DNA of 64,000 nt from contig NC_083239.1 in the NCBI RefSeq assembly GCF_032191835.1, positions 372,001 through 436,000 of the forward strand, written 5' to 3'. The position numbers and the translations under genes are program-made. This stretch comes from Heteronotia binoei (taxonomy: Eukaryota). This document shows, piece by piece, positions 60,171-64,000 of this stretch (position 1 is its first letter; each line of letters begins with the position of its first letter). Under the pieces are notes generated by a model. It made no database searches, was not told the origin of the DNA, and worked only from the letters and a program-made list of their open reading frames with translations.

Positions 60171-63100
60171 ACTATAACAATATATTGCGAATTAATAAAA
60201 TTGTTTTAAACAGAAAAATATTTAAGTAATTATTAGCAGAAAGGAAAGTATATGAATCACTAGAGACTACTAATATACAAAAAAGGCTATTATTTTTAAA
60301 ACAAACACACTGGCAGAGGTCACCCAAATTCATTAAAACTTTGGCTTGGAGAGCAAAGAAAAAAACCCTTGATAGGAAAATATACTCTATACGAGATGAC
60401 AAAGGAAAAAGGCAATCCTCTATATTGGACATTGGTTAGTATTTTGCTAAATACTATGAGAGGCTGTATGCTACTACTCTCCACCTGTAGAGGCTATTCA
60501 AAATTTTTTAAATCATCATCCAGTAACAAATAAATTATCATGTTAACACTGTAATTTTATAAATAGACCAATCAATGCAACTGAGATATTGGAGGCAATT
60601 AATCAAACCAAATCCAACACTGCCCCGAGTAGTGATGGGTTCCCCCCGGAATTCTTTAAGCTTTTTAAGTCTAAAATCATTACTACATTTACTAAAGTCT
60701 GTAATTATGTGCTAGATTCAAGTGAAATGCCAGCTTCCTGGAATGAAGCTCAAATAGTTCCACAACCAAAAGAAAACAGGAATTTAGATATACCTTCTTC
60801 ATATAGGCCAATCTCATTGCTGAACTGCGATGCAAAACTTTTTCCTAAGGTTTTAGCAAACAGACTGCAAAAGATCATTCCCAACTACATTAACCCAGAC
60901 CAGATTGGTTTTATACCCCAAAGATCACTAACAGATAACATCCATAGAGTGCTTAATATTATACCACACTGCAAACAACAGCAGGTAAAATTCCTCCTAA
61001 TCTCAATCAACTTATAAAAAGCATTTGACAGTGTGGAACTCCCATACTTGTGCCACCTTTTGAAAGCCATGAATTTTGGACTCAAGTTTTATAATGCCAT
61101 CACCACTATTTATTCGAAACCTCTAGCTAAAATTCAAACAAACAATTTTTAAGTGATTCAATAAGGATTAATAGAGGGACACAGCAGGGGTGTCCGTTGT
61201 CCCCATTGCTCTTTGCTCTGGCGATAGAGCCTTTAGTAGAAGCAATAAGGTTAGATGATAAAATAAGCGGCATAGCAATAGGCGACTCCATCCACAAAGT
61301 TAGTTTGTATGTAGATGATGTGGTGGTATTTTTAACTAATCCAGAAGCCTCAATACCAAATTTGGAATCCCTCTTTGCACAAATTGGTTCAGTCTCTGGC
61401 CTGAAAGTGAATATTAACAAATCCAACATTATACCAATTTGCCTTGAAGCGTCCAATATGTAGGCTTCAAAAAGAAACTAAATATGTCTGGAAAAAATTC
61501 CCCATGGCTTTGTCTTGGAGTACAGATACCCCTGGATCGCAAAGATTTGATTCACTGTAATTTTGACAAATTATACCAGGATACAATTAACCAATTGAAG
61601 CATTGGAACACTGTGGTCTTATCTTGGGCTGATGGAATAAGTCTGTTAAATTTTTTTATTCTTCTTAAATATTTATGTTTATTTCACACAATACCTAGTA
61701 CAATCCCATAGCCATACCTTAGAAAATGGCAACAGTCCTTAAATAATTTTTTGGGGGAGTACAAGTATTACATTCTCTTCTCTTAGACGTATGGCAAATG
61801 GAGGCTTAAATATTTCTGATTTAATTTCATACTATGAGGTAGCAAGATTGGCAGATGTAATTAGACGCTTAACTACACAAAGTATTCCTTCCTGGCAAAC
61901 TATAGAGGACTCAATTGTTAAACCTTTAAACTCTCTGGATTTATTTTGGAGGCAACCTAAATTTTGGCCCCAGTCAATTTTATCTAACCTCTTTCTACCA
62001 GCTTCCTAACAAATTTGGGACTCTAAAAGAAAAAATTTGGTTTCAGAAAACTCTCTTATGACTTCATTCCTTAACCAGCCCTGGTTTTACCCTGGACAGG
62101 ACCCCATAGTTTTCAAGGAATAGAGGGGAAAAGGACTTACATGCATAATTGATTTATCGCATAAAGGTAAATTTATGAATAAACAGGAATTGGAAAGACA
62201 ATACCTTGGTTTCAGTTTTTCGTTACAAAATATGTTACAAAAGCAAAGATTCACAGAACAACAAGAAACCACTATCCCCATTTGGGATGCTCTTAAAAAA
62301 TCAAACAGGGGAAGTTAAGGGTCTGATATAAAAATATATATCAAATGTTACTTGGCTCATCCCAACTAGACAACAAAGTCATCCATAAAGCCTGGGAAAT
62401 GGATCGCAATATTAGAACTAAGGAAACAAATTGGACAGAAATTTACTCTTCCCCAAGCCTTCTTTCACCCATTTTTAATATCAGAGTCAACTCTTTCAAA
62501 TTACTATATAGGTGGCATATCTCTCCTAGCAGGCTAACTAGAATGCATTCCAATGTTAGCCCAAAGTGTTGGAAAAATTGTGGCCAATTTGCAGACTTTA
62601 TACATTGCTGGTGGCTATGCCACAGTATACACCAATTTTGGCTAAAAATTTTGTATCAAATACAGACTATAACTGGAATAATAATCCCTGCTACACCAGA
62701 AATTGCTTTTTTGTATCCTTGGCCCGACTCACCCTGTAATAAGAAGACAAAAACATTTAGCTATTCTGTTGGCAATAGCAAGAATAGTTATTGCATCCAA
62801 ATGGAGGGACGAGAACCCATCTTCACTGCATTTATGGCAAAATAAGCTATGGAATTACTTTTTAATGGGGAAAATTGCAGATAATTTATCTATGCCTAAA
62901 CCAAACTACATCACCTCTTTTCAAACAGTTTGGTTTCCCGTGGTCGAATACCTAAGTGAACTAGATATTATCCCAAAACAAGCCTTTTACTGTATAAGGA
63001 ACTACTATTCTTTTAAACTACTATGGTCACAACTGCTAGGAAAAAATGTATATGGTATTATAATGGTTTATGGTGTGTGATATATGATGTAATTCAGCTT

Positions 63101-63175
63101 TACAACTTGTATTGTATGGAGAGAATTTGTATATATTATGTTATCCCCCTGTTTAGTAAGATAAATAAAGATTTT
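60170..63175 (+). mobile_element. Degraded L1-clade LINE ORF2 (RT to zinc knuckle, 3' UTR)
   Basis: DGFPPEFFK, YRPISLLNCDAK, SPLLFALAIEPL, LYVDD, KCWKNC..FIHCWWLC, AATAAA at the 3' end. Confidence 0.9.
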
Positions 63176-63254
63176 TTTTTTTTTAAATGTCATTTATCAG
63201 CAACCAGTAGCACAAGTCCCTGTTAATTGGTTTAGATTATAAAAGCTGCTGATG

Positions 63255-63575
63255 ACCAGAGGTATGGGCAGGGGTGCCCTTTGCCCCCCATCCTCTTTGC
63301 AATATCCCTGGAGTCTTTAGTTCGTACAGTAAGAATCATTGGAATAACTGTAAATGGCGAAAGTCATAAAATGAGCCTTTTTGCAGACAATGCAATATTC
63401 TACTATTCTCACCCATCTTCATCACTTCAGCATCATATGATCAACATCAATACATTTAGTCAGGTTTCTGGTTTTACCATCAACTATACAAGATCTGAAA
63501 TGTATCCAATTTACATTTCAGAAGACAATGAACAAGCTATGAAAACCAAGTTCCCCTTCAAGTGGGTAACTTGGA
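63255..63575 (+). mobile_element. Separate L1 RT fragment
   Basis: QGCPLPPILFAISLESL...MSLFADN. Confidence 0.75.
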
Positions 63576-63946
63576 GCACGATCCGGGGGGGGGGGGGCGG
63601 AAAGTGTTGTGGGAGCAGACGATCCACTACATTGGCGCAAGTAGCATTTGCGCACATGTAACTCCAGCTCCACCAAAGCGGATGGGACTTATGTCGGCGT
63701 GGGGCCACCGGAGTGCTGCCCTGCCCGAGAGCAGTGGCGCCTGGGGCTGCACCCAAGCGTTGGCGAAAGTGCAGCGGGGCAAGCTGCTTAGGTGGCTCCC
63801 TAAGGACATTGGGCCATGACATGCCCCCCGAGAGGTGTAAAGTTACGTCCATGGAAATGGTGGCATAACCCATAGGCACTCGTTGAGACCAAAAACAAAG
63901 GTTGCCCCTGCCACTGAAGGAGCTTGCAAACCCCTTAGGGAGTGGT

Positions 63947-64000
63947 GTAATGCATGGGATGGAGAAAGTAGAGAAAGAAGTACTTTTCTCCCTTTCTCAC
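63947..64000 (+). mobile_element. Start of another 5'-truncated CR1, continuing beyond the window
   Basis: MHGMEKVEKEVLFSLS matches the CR1 ORF2 C-terminus at 26400-26460 and 47030-47070. Confidence 0.85.

Overview
Eukaryotic vertebrate genomic DNA. The SINE/LINE complement (Sauria SINE, CORE-type tRNA SINE with an L2 tail, BovB, CR1, DIRS, Penelope) points to a squamate, probably a gecko; that assignment is inference. The only host gene I can support is FAM107B on the + strand. Its three coding exons (7486-7613, 17711-17864, 18862-18978) splice via GT-AG into a 132-aa protein, followed by a probable 3' UTR of about 3.4 kb (AATAAA at 22408). The rest is intron and intergenic DNA dense in transposon remnants: CR1, L1-like, L2, BovB, Penelope, two DIRS1-like elements, Gypsy and Copia-like LTR remnants, solo LTRs, hAT and Harbinger MITEs, and several SINE families. 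Most short ORFs in the track are TE fragments or noise. The most unusual structures are: (1) an L1 whose target-site duplication copied the FAM107B splice donor; (2) a 3.6-kb block of mixed DNA inside a CR1 endonuclease region, flanked by an 11-bp duplication; (3) a 408-bp insert flanked by a direct duplication of about 150 bp; (4) a sense-strand Penelope hammerhead motif with a broken core 105 nt upstream of a FAM107B exon; (5) a Copia-type gag/protease fossil; (6) a twin-priming-like inverted BovB. Family names come from motif recognition and recall, not database searches. TE boundaries without a stated TSD are approximate.
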